From positions 88,784,001 to 88,848,000 of the forward strand of contig OX597818.1 of assembly GCA_951406725.2 (NCBI GenBank): a DNA stretch of 64,000 nucleotides. Reading direction: 5' to 3'. Position 1 is the stretch's first letter. Each line of letters opens with the position of its first letter. Positions 1-16,566 of the stretch are shown in pieces. The notes beneath the pieces were generated by a model. The model had not been told where the DNA came from and searched no databases. It worked only from the letters and a program-made list of their open reading frames with translations. Made by a program: the position numbers and the translations under genes. The DNA is from Octopus vulgaris. Lineage: Eukaryota.

Positions 1-661
1 TATATTTATCTGACAGTTAAGTGCTTGACAAGTGTAGTAAAATGACTGAATTCTTCCTTTTTGTACCTCTCAAACCTTTTAGAAGGCTCCGATAAACTGA
101 ATTTTTCGACTACAGTTTTGACCAATCGGCATCATTAACTGGTTGTTATATAATTGTTGTTATTTCCGTACAGAACAGCTTTGAAAATTTTAATAAAACG
201 TTTTTCTTTCGTCTAACCTCACTTGTGTCTTGTAGTTTATTTAAAGGAAAAGTTAGAAACATTTTCTGACCACATGATGTGGATTAAAAAATGTCTTTAA
301 CATATGAATATAAACAAATTACAGAGGATTTCCACAGACTGAATTAAAAACGATCGAAACCAACAAAGTTCGATCACTCATAAAACTATTACATGTAAAC
401 GGCAAGCTAATTGAAAAAAATAAAGGCGGGATCCATGCCAGTAATATCAGTGGACCCAGCAAACTGTGACGTTTAAGATACATGTTGATTGGTCAAAACC
501 ATATTCGAAAAATTCAGCTTGTCGTGACCTTCTAAAAGGTATAAAAAGGAAGAAGTCAGTCATTTTACTACAGTTGTCAAGCACTCAATACAACTGTCAG
601 TCAATACATTTTGAAATCTGATGATTACTACGAACGTACGAAAGCGCCAATTTTCAACTGA
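1..661. mobile_element. Foldback/MITE-like element with long terminal inverted repeats, left end cut by the window edge
   Basis: 10-133 (ctgacagtt..gtgcttgacaagtgtagtaaaatgactga..ttttgaccaatc) is an imperfect reverse complement of ~481-600; the right end abuts (TA)n at 661. Confidence 0.6.
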
Positions 662-678
662 TATATATATATACATAA

Positions 679-748
<70 letters not shown>

Positions 749-883
749 GGGCAAGCCAAATGGCGGGGTGAGTGACACGTGCCACTTCAAGAAAAAAGTG
801 TGCCCTTATTACACCCTTTCATCCTGGAATTGTATTTCCTTCTCACCTTGTGCCCTCATTTCGAAAAATTCCTGGGACCATAC

Positions 884-998
<115 letters not shown>

Positions 999-1017
999 GT
1001 GTGTATGTGTGTGTGTG

Positions 1018-1150
1018 TGGTTTCGCATTTATAAAGCGCTTAGCTGTGTAGGCAATTCGTCAGTCTCAAACGGCGGGAGTTATGTGTCTCCGGCCATTTG
1101 AGTGTGACGAGTTTGTCTATACAGCTAAGCGCTTCATAAGTTCGGAACCA
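1018..1150. repeat. ~130-nt imperfect hairpin
   Basis: tggtttcgcatttataaagcgcttagctgtgtaggcaattcgtca pairs with tgacgagtttgtctatacagctaagcgcttcataagttcggaacca; ~8-nt terminal loop. Confidence 0.8.
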
Positions 1151-1302
1151 ATGGTCGCTCTGACCAGTCACAATAATAATGCCTCTATAAGTATATTACC
1201 GGCATAGTGTTTTAGAGTGTGTTTCTTTTTCGGATACATAAACTAATGACGATGTATATATATATATATGATTAAGTTAATTTAAATGAATTTATGAATA
1301 TA

Positions 1303-1346
<44 letters not shown>

Positions 1347-1366
1347 AAATTATATAATATAGCTAA

Positions 1367-1399
<33 letters not shown>

Positions 1400-1506
1400 G
1401 AATATATATATATATAGCTCAACCACTAGGATGTCAATCAGCTGTGTACGGACGTTTATATGCTGTGCCTTATAAACCGTCCTGATAACGTTATACTATA
1501 CATTCG

Positions 1507-1537
<31 letters not shown>

Positions 1538-1844
1538 AATTATAGGAGAAATTGATATTAATCAATAAATGCAATATTAAAACATCCGAGATAGAAATTT
1601 ATACATATGAGGAATGACCACTAATATAATTATATATAGACGTCAAATATCCAGAATGCCAAACAAAATTTAGAAAAAAAGACTACGCCGATGATCTTAG
1701 ATTTTATATCATACGTATATATGAACTATAGTACGTAGGTATTTTTTTAATTTTCGTATATTTTCATTGTCTTATTTTAAACTTTGTTTCTGAATTTGTT
1801 TGAGAACAATTCTTCAATAACGTCTATCTAATACAGTGTCCTAT

Positions 1845-1892
<48 letters not shown>

Positions 1893-1895
1893 TTA

Positions 1896-1932
<37 letters not shown>

Positions 1933-3462
1933 TATCTTTCGATGACCCGATTAGTGGTATTGCCAGCTGTTACTTGAGGGCATAATTTATCTTTCCTTTA
2001 GGGATGTAGAGATATGACATGATCTTCCCTGCTCGATAACGACCTAACAATTGAGTCACTTTCCATTCATATTTATCTTCGCCACTTTAACCAGCTTTCT
2101 CGCATTAGACCGCAAACTTTTATTTCTTTTCTGTTGCTAACAACTTTAGCAAAAGAATTGCCATCAGTTCTGTTTGTGTTACTGAGAACAACATTTTTTT
2201 TTCTCATTTGAAAGGATTTGTTTTTACCTGTTTAACAAAATATATTGTTGTCGCTACTGCAGTTGCTGTTGTTTTTAACAGTATTAGTCGAAACTGTTCA
2301 AAATGATATTTTTTTAAATCGTTGTTGAAGTACTATTTTTCATTTTCCTGTGACTATTTGTGAGTTTTGCTCCTAAATTAAAATTCCTGATTTATTATAT
2401 TTCCGCTCTCTATAGTTATGCCCATGTCCACATCGCTTAAGAAGATGCTTTTAAGAGCTACTTTGGGATGAAATAGAATTAGCTCAAGAACGACATATCT
2501 CAAGTCGCTACCGGTCCGAAATAAATGCCCAATGCATTTCCCAAAATGAAATACCATATTTTCCAGCGTACAAGTCGACGTAGCGTAACCATTCACAAAT
2601 CATTACTAGATTTCAAAATTCTGCCGCATTTCATATGAAATTTTTGGTCCTCCAAAGTCATCTTCATGTATATGTCGACTTATCTCTCTTGGCTGTACAT
2701 ATTGGTCTCAAAAATTCGACATTTATGCAGGAAAATACAGTATTGCTTCTTCAGCCGTATATAGCAAAACCCCGAAATTATTACCCGATTACGGCAATAT
2801 TTGGTAATGGACTTTGTTGAGAGAGAGAGAGGGAGAGAGAGCGAGAGAGAGAAAGAGAGAGTGTGTGTGTGGACTGGAGAGAGACAATAGTAAATACTTT
2901 GCTTCAGTTACTCTAGTTTGGCAGATTATAACTAAATAAGATATTCCAAAACTGCTTGGATTGATTGTTCTCTTTCTCGACTTATATCTTGAGGTCGATA
3001 TTACTATACATGTAGAAGCTTCCGGAAACTTGCAGGATATATTTTCAATGGAGTAGACATTTACTACAGTCCAGTCAAATATCCAGATTATTTCTACCAT
3101 AACTCTTTCTGAAAAATCATTCTGACACATTGTCTTACTGCATAAAAAAAATAACTCCCACGGTCATATTGCTTTGTGGCTTGCATAATGCTCTTCAGTT
3201 GCTCTGTGTTTCTTTACAACAGCTTTATAAAATAGATTTTCACCAATATCTAAGTATTTATAACACCTATTGTGTCGAACAGAAGAGTGAAGGAAGTCAT
3301 TGATGCTCATGCTTTAGGTTTCCCAAAAAGTTTTTCCAAGTTCGACTATGAAATATGTATGTATACATACGTGTTTATATATATATATATATATATACAT
3401 ACATAACGTACGTTCATGCTTACATAACTTACATACATAGATATATGTGTGGGTATGGGTTT

Positions 3463-3516
<54 letters not shown>

Positions 3517-4904
3517 ATTTGTATTATATATATATAAAGGTATATGTAATACATTATACATTGTGTGTGTTTGTGTTCTTGTATGTATGTGTGTGCGTGT
3601 TTGTGTGTCTCTGTTGTATATTTTTGTCTGTGTGTGTGTATATATATATATATAAATATATATAAATAAATAAATAAATATATATATATATAGGCATGTA
3701 CACGTATAGGAACATGATATTGTAAAGGAAAAAGTTGAAACAGACATGAATGTGTAAGAGATAATAAGGAAAAGTTAAAAAGATAACACTGTAAAAGAAA
3801 ATGAGGTAAAATAAAATGTTGGTGTTACAAAGAAATGATTGAACAGAAATAATTGAAAGAGACGGCAGAAGGTTAAGGAAGAGAGAATGATAAAAAGGTA
3901 TTTTTGAAATGCATGTATAATATGAGAATTTATAGAAATGGTAGTTAAAGCAGGCGACGATATGTGGATGTAATGACGTTAAAAAAATGCTTCTAAAAAT
4001 GTATACGCAACATGGGATTACATAGAACTAGGAAAAAAATAGACGACAACACATGGAGGAAAGATGAGGAAAAGATGTGGAAATATATACAATAGATCGA
4101 AAAGTATTGAAAATGGTAAGCAACACACGCATCATGAATAACATTTAAATAAAAAAAAAAAAACGAAGCCAACTTCTGAAAGAAAGGAATTGAGCAAGAA
4201 GGTTACGTTAGCTCTATTTTTGTATTCTATCCGCAGAAATTCTAAATAGATTTTTGCCTAGAATGTTATTAAATTTGGAACAATAGTTACATGAAAAGAT
4301 AGTAAGGCCATATAAGTAGATCATTTGCATCTGGGGAAAGATTATAAAATATATCAAAACTATTTCAGATGAAAAGAAAGAAACACGGACGTTTGAGAGT
4401 CGAATAAAAGCCGCAGAGAACTAAGTTTGATCCAAAATCTACTACGTCAACCAACAAGAAAAAGAAAAAATCGAAGGTAAAGATTATGAGAAATATGAAG
4501 ATAAAGGAGGGAAAAAAATGAAGGAAGTTAAAAGAGTGTTTTAATCCACTTGTAGCGGTCAACTTTTAAATCCGATCTTGGCAAAGATTAATCGGCAAAA
4601 GTAGAACGGAAATATTCAATCAAACATCCTTGGCTTGTCTCTTCCATTACCTTCGCCACATTAAACGAAGTCGTTGAGGCGGCTCTCATACGCTGACAGG
4701 TAAACTGTGATATAAACCAGCATGACACAGTCCTTACTTCACAGAACACAGAGCTTGGAATTCGTAGCTGACGTTGATCCTGATGACATCGTTCGTTGTC
4801 ATGGTAGCAGTGTTGTTTCTAGTTGTGGCAAGGGTTGTTGTAAGGGTCAAGATAGGTAAGAACCGATAATTAAAATATATGACTAACTATGGTATAGAAT
4901 ATTT

Positions 4905-5346
4905 ATGGTGATGTTGGTGTTGGTGGTGGTGATGGTTGTAGATATAGTAATGGTAGTGGTGATGGTGTTTGTAGTAGTGATGGTAGTGGTAATGATGGTG
5001 GTTGTGGTGATGGTAATGGTTGGTGTAGAAATAGTAATAGTGATAGTGGTGGTGGTGATTGTGGTGGCGGTGGTTGTGGGGATGGTGGTGGTACAGACGA
5101 TAATAGTAGTGGTAGTGGTAGTGGTTGTGGTGGTTGTAGTAGTAAAGTGCTGGTAGTGATGGTTGCAGTAATGGTGATAGTGTTAGTAGTGGTGGTGGTG
5201 GTGGTGATGGCGGTGGTAGTGGTGATGGTGGAGGTGGTGTTGATAGTGGTAGTGGTATTAGTTGTGGTTGTGACAGTGAAGAGGAAACAGGAATGTTATG
5301 GACAGTGGTGGTGGTGGTGATCGTCGTCGTCGTAGTAGTAGTAGTA

Positions 5347-5412
<66 letters not shown>

Positions 5413-5572
5413 AGGTGGAATACCTTAAACTTTCATACTTTCTAGGTCGATAAAATAAGCACCACTTGAGTGCTAGTCGCAGAGGAGTGAGTGTGTGTGT
5501 GTGGTTGGGTGTAATCGACTTACGCTCACCTCCGAAAATCGCTGGCCTTATGCCAATATTTGAAATCAATAT

Positions 5573-5651
<79 letters not shown>

Positions 5652-5665
5652 AGGTGGTGGTGGTC
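4905..5665. repeat. Compound (GGT/GAT/TAG/CAG)n trinucleotide arrays with an embedded SINE fragment (~5430-5560)
   Basis: Directly visible; source of the poly-V/T/Y/S ORFs. Confidence 0.9.
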
Positions 5666-6102
5666 CTTGTTCTTGTTCTTGCCCAAGTTTGTTCCACTAT
5701 TACCTCTTGGAAGACGTCGTCCATAACAGGCCTTGTCTCTCTATCGTTTGGTCTGACCAGCATGGGACACCCTAGCAGGATCTTGCGCTCGGCTGACTTA
5801 TCTCTCAGAATACTTCCTTTGAATTTGTAGACCAGTTCTATACTTTCGTTGTATTCGCCCCTGACGCCTCCTCAAGCGTTTTGTTTTGGGACAAAACTGT
5901 TTTAAAAATTCTAATACAAGCATTAGGACACGGAGATTATCAGAATCTTTGGTTTAAACCAGAAACAATACTAATAATTATATGGTATCATAAGAATTAT
6001 TAACCCTTTAATTTTGAAACCGGCCATATCAGGCCTTGTTTTATGTCTAATCTGACCAGAGATAGTTTCTCACATCTACACTACAATGTCAGTCTAAAAA
6101 TA

Positions 6103-6174
6103 ATAGTGGTAGAATACTGGTAAGTATCCCTGCCTGTCACGCGGGAGACCAGTGTTCGATCACCCGCCGGGGAG
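6103..6174 (+). pseudogene. tRNA-Asp(GTC) pseudogene, 5' acceptor strand missing and T-arm mismatched
   Basis: tagaatactggtaagtatccctgcctGTCacgcgggagaccagtgttcgatcacccgccggggag matches eukaryotic tRNA-Asp from position 8; positions 1-7 (atagtgg) cannot pair with ccgggga; a T5 run follows at 6188-6192. Confidence 0.85.
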
Positions 6175-6195
6175 ACGTTAACGCTGCTTTTTATA

Positions 6196-6776
<581 letters not shown>

Positions 6777-7455
6777 AAATTACATCATTGAAATCTCAAA
6801 ACAATAGGATAATACATGATTAGTTCAAAACATTATGGATAAATAAGCACTGCATTTAACAGCGAACTGAATGCTAAAGGGTTAAAACAAATTTAGACGA
6901 ATACGTAATGAAAATATCATATCTTACATATAATACAACACCGTTAGATACTATACTATATAATACAAAAGAAATACAAATTTGAGACAAAACACCGCAC
7001 GCCTTCATATCGCGCAGCGCTACGCTCGATTTTGCAATGAAATCACACGATGAAAATAAGACAACTGAAAAATAATAATAACGCTTGCTTCCTCCTTTAT
7101 ATGAAGAATTCTTTATCCTCTGTCCATAAACGTAATGTTTTGAAATTTTGCGTTAATTAAACTCGTGTTGAGATTGTTTTTGCTATCTGCTTGATTATTT
7201 GTGGCCGGCATTCATTGTTCATTGCGTTTCATTTAACGTAAAATTGGTCTCCATGGCATGCTGCCGTTATCTTCTCTTTTGTATGGAGATAATGACATAC
7301 ACCCGCACATTCATGTGTACATACACTCTCACACATACACACATACATAGACGTATATATCCGTACGCGTATGTGTGCTTATGCATACACACACGCACAT
7401 TTGTATCTCTGTATCTCTGTATATATGTATGTATGTATGTATGTAAGTATATGTG

Positions 7456-7487
<32 letters not shown>

Positions 7488-7884
7488 TGTATGTATGTAT
7501 GTATGTATGTATGTATGTGTGTGTGTTTGTGTATGTATGTATGTATGTATGTATGTATGTATGTATGCATGCATAAGCTTTTTCACTTGAAACGAGCATC
7601 GATAATCATCTTATTAAACACGAGCTATTTTAATTAAGCTACGTGATGAGTTTTGCAACTATCCAGTGGGCAAGTCAAATTAGTTTCCCCTCACAAGCAG
7701 GATTACAATTGTATTTTTGTTATGTGAGAGTTTTATGTGAGTTTTTCATGTGAAGATATTATCGAATCTGCCATTTCACTAAATGATACGTCATGTTGTA
7801 ATCCATCCTCGGGATTAATTCAACCCTGTACAGGAATTTGTTGGATAATCCCGCCAAGAATTCTTTCGTACGTGTTGCAATGTA

Positions 7885-8894
<1,010 letters not shown>

Positions 8895-9877
8895 TAGTCT
8901 GCCCTTTCCCGAGGCGAGCATGATTTCTTGAAGTGATACCCTAATTAGATTTGATTATTCAAAAAGCATATACCACCGGCCTCTCTCAATTATTTCTTGT
9001 AGTTCATTCTCATTTCATTTATGCAAATTAGCTATGCAATACATAAATAAATATTCTACGCTTTTTTGTGTATGTCATTTACTATAGCCTCGGGTTGGCT
9101 CATATACTGTGAGTAAAACTGGGTAGATGAAACTCTGCAAAATTTTACCCACCCCGTTGGCAGAATGTATCAGACCAGTCATGTTATGCAATATCTCACA
9201 GTCTTTATGCTGAGAATAAAAGTATATTCGTCTATGGAATACTCGACTACATATCAGCTAATATACATAAAATGTAATTCAAGCGATCGTACATCTGTAT
9301 AATCATCGTCGAAACCAACCGAGATTCATTTGCTTTATAAATATACACAACAAAATTCCTAGAAATATATATATAGATATATACATATATACATATATAC
9401 ATATATATATACATATAAATATATATATATATATACACGCACAAGTGTATATATATATAAATACGCATATATAGATATGTATGATAAATATATGTATGTA
9501 CATATACGTACATAAATATATGTTTGTACATATACATGTGCGTGTATGTGTGCATATATGTGTGTACGTGGTTATAAATATGGCGTCGAACTACAGCCAT
9601 CACGCTGTCTTCAGTTGTGTTTTATAGCCAACACTTTGCTTTCTATATAAGATACCCTATGGCTAACAGTCTTCACGCAGCTGACGATCAAACAACATAT
9701 TTCCCACAGTCTACACACGCGCGCGCATACATGCAGATACATAACCACACACACACACACACGTGCTAGCACATATACGTGTATGCAGGATTGTGTATAC
9801 CTGTGTGTGTGTAAGGAGTTAGACAGATACATATATACAAACATACATCCATACACACACACATATATATATATATG

Positions 9878-9916
<39 letters not shown>

Positions 9917-10109
9917 TCTTCATTACTATATATGTAGTACTATATATATTTCCTTAGTAAGCATCATCAATCTTCACTGTCTTCCTATACCCATACATGC
10001 ATATGAACATAGTTACACACACACACATACACACAGACACATACATACATACATATATATATGTATATATATGCATAGATATGTGTGTATATATATATAT
10101 ATAATATAT

Positions 10110-10185
<76 letters not shown>

Positions 10186-10949
10186 GTATGTATACATATG
10201 ATATATATATATGTATATATGTGTGCGTGTGTGTGTCTGTAATATATGTGTGTTTTTACACACGGTTAAAGATTTAACCACACGGTAAACTACTGACTCA
10301 CACAGTGACGCAAACACACACATATATACTTACAGACTTAAACAAACTCATTCACATGCACAATTAGAAGCACACACACGCACACACACACGCACACACA
10401 CTACTCTATGAAATGAAATGATATTTATGAGTTAGATATTTTTGTCATTTATATATTTAGCTATATATTATTATCATTATTACTGTTTTTTAAAATTTTT
10501 AATTATCTCTCTTAGTTTCTGATTAATTGATTTAGAAAAGTTTTAACTACAACGAAGAAGATGAGGAGCCACTCGGCTAGAAATATTAACGACATCTTTC
10601 TCCTAATCACACGTCATGGATAGATGGATCTCAGTCGTGCAACGATGAGGATTCAGTTGTTTGATAAACTGAATTACCTGCTCCTGAATTAACGTGTAAG
10701 AGGTTGAGTATTCTTTAAATAATTCTCGGACATAATCAGCTTGACACAGGAATGCGCTTTTGAATAAGGGGATTCTGTGATGTTTCCATTTATTCAAGTT
10801 TACTCTCAAGGCATTGCAGAACCTAAGGCTATAGAAATTGATGTTTGCCCAGGATATCACGCAAATAAATTGAACTCCGACCTCGTGGTAGCGAAATCAA
10901 CATTTTAAGCAGTTGGTCACACTACGCCTTGGACATCACCTAGCATATT

Positions 10950-11258
10950 GGCTTCAAATATCAGCACAATGCCAGCAATTTCGCAGGTGGGCGGAAGTCG
11001 ATTTATTCCCACTCCTTCTTCACCATACTTAACTGTTATTTATTTTATCGACGCAGGCGTAAGAGTGGCTGTGTAGGCGTAGGAGTGACTGTGTGGTAAG
11101 TAGCTTGCTTACCAACCACATGGTTCCGGGTTCAGTCTCACCGCGTGGCACCTTGTGCAAGTGTCTTCTACTATAGCCTCGGGCCGACCAAAGCCTTGTG
11201 AGAGGATTTGGTAGTTGGAAACTGAAAAGAAGCCGATCGTATATATGTAAATATATAT

Positions 11259-11298
<40 letters not shown>

Positions 11299-11616
11299 TT
11301 GTGTGTCTGTGTTTGTCCCCTCAACATCGCTTGACAACCGACGCTGGTGTGTTTACGTCCCCGTAATTTAGCGGTACGGCAAAACAGACCGATAGAATAA
11401 GTACTAGGCTTACAAAGAATAAGTCCTGGAGTCGATTTGCTCGACTAAAGGCGATGCTCCAGCATGGCCACAGTTACATGACTGAAAGAAATAAAGAGTA
11501 CAGGAAGTATGAAACATAACGTCAAGCTAGGCAAAATTTGAACTCATAACCTAAAGACGGAGGAAATACCGCTAAGCATTTCGCCCACGTGCTAACGTTT
11601 CTGCCAGCTCGCCGCC
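10950..11616 (-). mobile_element. SINE family B interrupted by a family A copy
   Basis: Family B head ggcggcgagctggcagaaacgttagcacg (rc ~11580-11616); the body resumes left of ~11052. Confidence 0.65.
11056..11500 (+). mobile_element. SINE family A, full length, with duplicated first ~20 nt
   Basis: ggcgtaagagtggctgtgt-a-ggcgtaggagtgactgtgtggtaag... to aaagagta. Confidence 0.85.
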
Positions 11617-11640
11617 AGTACCTAACTGGCACTTATTCTA

Positions 11641-12058
11641 TCTCTTTACTCTTTTACTCTTTTACTTGTTTCAGTCATTTGACTGCTGCCATGCTGGGGC
11701 ACCGCCTTTAGTCGAGCAAATCAACCCCAGGGCATATTTTTTTGTAAGCCAAGTACTTATTCTATGGGCCTCTTCTGCCGAACCGCCACGTTACGGGGAC
11801 GTAAACACACCAGCACCGCTTGTCAAGCGATGTTGGGGGACAAGCACAGGCACACAAAGATATACACATACACATACATACATATATATATATACGGCGG
11901 GCTTCTTTCAGTTTCTGTCTACCAAATCCACTCACAAGGTTTTGGTCGGCCCGAGGCTACAGTAGAATACACTTGCCCAAGGTTCCACGCAGTTGGAATG
12001 AACCCAGAACCATGTGGTTTGTAAGCAAGCTACTTACCACACAGCCACTCCTGCGCCT
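11641..12058 (-). mobile_element. SINE family A, full length, nested in a family B copy (~12060-12196)
   Basis: Reverse complement of the 6196 element with an (agagtaaa)n tail. Confidence 0.85.
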
Positions 12059-12379
12059 ACCGACTGCTATCGACCCAGAAATTATGAAAAGTAAAGTCAA
12101 ACTCGGTGGAATTTGAACTCATAGTGTAAATATGATCGAAATGTCCCTAAGCAATTTACCCACAGCGTACTAACGATTCTGCCAGCTCACCGCCTTAACA
12201 CAATCTTACATATTAAAAATAATGAAGTGTGCATCTGATAATATCTTGCTAAATACACATAAAAGTACGGTATATCACGAGCAAAACTCCTTTAATCATA
12301 AACCTGCTCAATCACAGTCGACTTCTGATTAAGCAACCACAACAATAAAATAGCACAAAAACAATTACATAACAATATA

Positions 12380-12968
12380 CAGTAATCCCTTGACTATCGC
12401 GGGTGTTACGTTCCAAAACACCCCGCGATAGGTGAAAATTCGCGAAGTAGAAACAGTACTCTACTGTAATTTTTTTAATATTATTTGTATATATCTCGTT
12501 TTGGGATTTGGTATGCAAGATTCTTCATGTGAGCTCGTGTGTTGAAGCATATTTTGCTGTGTCTGAGAAGAGTCATTCTCTTATAGTGCCTTATTATTTA
12601 ACACGTGTATATGTATGTAAGAACGTACGTTTGTATGGATGTATTCTGCATATTCATGTTTTTGTGTGTTTATGTGTTTCTGCGTGTGTGTGTGTGTACC
12701 TTTATCTCCTTGTGTATGCATGTCTGAGTGTGTGTGTGTATAGGTTTTTGTGACTATGTACAGTGTTATTATGGATAGATGTGTGTCTCCATATGTGTCC
12801 TTGAGTGAAGTGTGTGTGTATATGGGCATGTGTCTCAGTCTTCATTTGCGTGTGTGTGTGTGTATGTGCTTGACTGTTCATATTACCTATGTACCTATCC
12901 GTCTGTATGTCTATCTGTTTACGTTCACATCCATTTGCCTGCTTACATGTGCATATACATATACGTAT

Positions 12969-13002
<34 letters not shown>

Positions 13003-13168
13003 TCTACTAGTATATAAATATAAACTGAGGATATGTGGATATGATTACCTACTACTTATATTTCCTATTTAGTACTGGGGATGTTGCAAAACAACAATAC
13101 ATGGTAATCGACGTAAGCTTAAATAATAAACCGCGATAAGTGAACCGCGATATGGTGAGAGATTACTG
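12380..13168. mobile_element. pogo/Tigger-like MITE with internal insertion
   Basis: TA-CAGTAATCCCTTG... and ...gagagattaCTG ends; a related copy at ~25221-25454 ends cgagggattactg-TA. Confidence 0.55.
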
Positions 13169-14055
13169 CAATTGAAGTGAACACACTATCTGCAGCTCCT
13201 ATTCATATTATCTGATGCAGTACTGTATATTTAAACGGTGTCTGGGAAATATAGGCCGGTTTCAAACTTAGTTCTGTAAATTTTCAACTGACCCATTCGT
13301 TGATAAAGGGAATTTGGGCCCCATCGTTAAAGCAATGCTTCTCGAACCCCTATAACTGTCCTTTTCTCCGACCCGTTTTTTCTTTCACTATCACTTTTTC
13401 AATGACTCCTTGCTATTCGTCAACAAAATTAAATACACGTCAAAAATGGCTGCCGACAGGTTTATCGCTATTAAAAGCCACTTGACTGCGACCATGCTGG
13501 GGCACAGTACTGAAGGTTTAATCGAACGCGTCAACTCCAATACTTGCCTGATTTTTACTCAGTCTGTCGCCTTTTGCCGAACCGTTAGATTATGGGGACG
13601 TAAACAAACCAACAGCGGTTGTCAAGCGTTGAATGGAGACAAACACCGTCACACATATGTCTGTGCATGTGTGTGCGTTTGTGTGTATGTACAACTTTCA
13701 GTTTCCTTCTACTAAATCCACCCACAAAGATTTGGAGGGCTTGGGGTTATAATAGAAGACATTTGCCCAAACTGCCACGCAGTGGGACTGAACTTGGAAA
13801 CAAACATAATATGTAATATCAAAACAACATTTCAACCAGAAAAATTACCTGGTGGTTTGCATGCTGAATGGAAATTGAAAATATTTTTTCACAATTAAGG
13901 CAATTAAAAGACGCTTGTATTACATTCGAACACCCACTTTGCCCCCAGGTACGCAACAATATTTCTATCGCCCACGTTTTGAATCGCTGCATTGAAAATA
14001 TCGCCACGCAATAGATTTCTGCTAAATATATATATGTGTGTGTGTGTTCGATTTT

Positions 14056-14100
<45 letters not shown>

Positions 14101-14381
14101 TACATATATATGTATGCATACATATATATATATATATAATTAATCCCAAAAAGAAACGAAGAAAAAACAAGAAAACGACGCGTGGACGTAAACAGACGCT
14201 CAGGGAAGAAAAGAAATGTGTGTGTGTGTGTGTATGTGTGTGTATGTGTGTGTGTGTGTGTGTGTGTCTGTGCATACATATACAAACGTAGGTATATATA
14301 TATATATATATATATAGAAAGATAGATAGATAAGCACAAACATATCTGTATAAGTATGTCTATAGATATGTGTGTGTGTGC

Positions 14382-14439
<58 letters not shown>

Positions 14440-14869
14440 GCATGTATGAATGTATGTATGTATGTATGTATGTATGTATGTATGTATGTATGTATGTATG
14501 TGTAGGAGCATGGATGTATATGAGCCTGTATAGATGTATACGTGTATTAAAATATCTACATATATGATATATTGGTAATCTTTTGAAAGACGGAATAAAA
14601 GGGACGTATGCAAGTACAGAATCGTGACATGCCTAGATGCACGACTACCACGCCACGCACGAATAACAAACAAGTAGACTTACACGCGCACACGCTTACA
14701 CACAAGCGTGTACATGCGCGCTCTCACAGACACTCAGTCTGCGCGTATTGACATTGTTTAAACTTGATAAAAACAAATCTCAAGCCTTAACAAAAATCAT
14801 TTACACCCACACAATCGCACTCAACGTTCTGTCTCATATATGTCTTAGAAAGTATAATTTCTTCTACAA

Positions 14870-15250
14870 TGAGCACAAGGCCTGAAACTTGGTGGGAAGC
14901 CGCTAGTCGATCACATCGATTCCAAGTGCTTGACTGGTAATTATTATTTATCGGCCCCGAAAGGATAAAAAGCAAAGTCGATCTAAACTCAGAACGTAAA
15001 GAGCCGGAAGAAAAAGCCGACGTGCTAACGGTTCTGCCACCTCACTTCCTTAGAAATAATAATAATCATAATTCTTAATACTGAAGGTACAAGGCCTGAC
15101 ATTTTGGGGGAGAGGCTAAGTCGATTTCATCGACCCCAGTATTCCGAAAGGATGAAAGGTGCAGTCGTCCTCGGCCGGATTTGAAATCAGAACGTAAAGA
15201 CGGACGAAATGCCAGTTAGCATGTTGCTCGGTGTGTTGATGATTCTGCCA
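14870..15250 (-). mobile_element. Two degenerate SINE family B copies
   Basis: cccgaaaggataaaaagcaaagtcga and ccgaaaggatgaaaggtgcagtcg motifs. Confidence 0.65.
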
Positions 15251-15321
15251 GGTCTTCGCCTGATAACAACAACAACAACAACAATAATAATAATACTTAT
15301 AATGATAATAATAATAATAAC

Positions 15322-15389
<68 letters not shown>

Positions 15390-16530
15390 GGATGCTAAAA
15401 TTTGTTGAAAAATATGAAAGACCGAAAAGGGTGCTAAAAGTTGTTGAAAAACATGAAAGACCGAAAAAACTTCACTCTATTCTGAAAGAGAGCAAAAAAT
15501 TCGCTTCTGATCTCTTAGATGCCTACCAGATTGATCAGGTTGAAGGAAATGCGCCAACTGCTGCTGCAAAGAAAATAAAATTAATTGCAAAGACAAAAGC
15601 ACATGAAAAATTAGCTAGCAGATGGGAACAAAACCTCTCCATGGCAAGTATGTGGCCCGTAGCAAACAAGCTGATGTCGACCAGAAACACACGCACCAAT
15701 GTTTATGAAGCTCAGGGCTAAAAGCAGAGAATGAAAGTTTCATATTTGCTGTCCATGACCAAAGCTTATTAACCCGGAACTACCAAGCCAATTTGTTAAA
15801 AAATGGAGCTGACCCAAAATGCCGTTTCTGTAACGATGAGATTGGAACTATAGACCACCTAATCTCAGGATGTAGTCTTAGCACCAGTAGAATATAAAGC
15901 AAGACATGACAGAGTCGACCAGTATTTACACTGGACAATATGTCGGCATTATAAAATCAAAACCGCTGACAAAAGGTATAAATACCATCCTGAAGCTGTG
16001 ACTGAGGGAGAAAATGTATCGATTCTCTGGGACTTCTCCGTACATACCGACAAAACTATAAAAGCTAATAAACCGGATATTATTATAAAAAATCAGACAA
16101 AAAAAGGTGTCTTTATTAATTGATATGAGTATTCCTTTCGATCACAATATAGCGGCGAAAGAAATATAAAGACTTGCTAATAGAAATTGAAAATATGTGA
16201 CATCTGAAGGCGACTACAGTACCAGTGATTGTAGGATCTCTAGGAATGATAAAAAAAAGGTACTGAAACCTATTTGAGAAAGATACCAGGCCTACCATCT
16301 CTACAGGAAGTGCAAAAAATCGTGTTAACTGGAACAACTCATGTACTGAGAAGAGCATTATCGCTGTGAAAACAACATCCATTCATGAATTTATTCATTT
16401 ATTTTTTTAAATACATATTTTACCTGTGAGTTTGCATGTGTAATCTGGGAATGCGTACAATGAGCTTCTCTGCCCTAGGTGTATGGAAAACACTCGGCGA
16501 GAAATGGAAGAAAATTTGAAGAAGGAAAAA
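15390..16530 (+). mobile_element. 5'-truncated RLE non-LTR retrotransposon, Dong/R4-like (pseudogenised)
   Basis: Frameshifted translation gives W..KPLHGKY, DQSLLTRNYQ, CRFC-x7-DHLISGC zinc knuckle, RHD, ILWDF, NKPDI..IDMSIP (PD..D endonuclease), VPVIVGSLG; stop 16367-16369; flanked by (TAA)n on both sides. Confidence 0.85.
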
Positions 16531-16566
16531 TAATAATGATAATAATAATAATAATAATAATAATAA

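Noticed and set aside
2378-3340. Short ORFs in a unique-looking region
   Set aside because: No recognisable motif and no long open frame; possibly an old TE but not supportable.
3720-4530. Purine/A-rich tract as LINE ORF1
   Set aside because: Frequent stops and no motifs; treated as low-complexity sequence.
5705-5890. In-frame TGA as selenocysteine, or kinase-like C-terminus (RPVMDDVFQE)
   Set aside because: No SECIS element or kinase motifs were seen; the resemblance is too short.
10555-10600. gatgagg-AGCC-actc-GGCT-a-GAAA
   Set aside because: Core, stem I and stem III cannot be formed.
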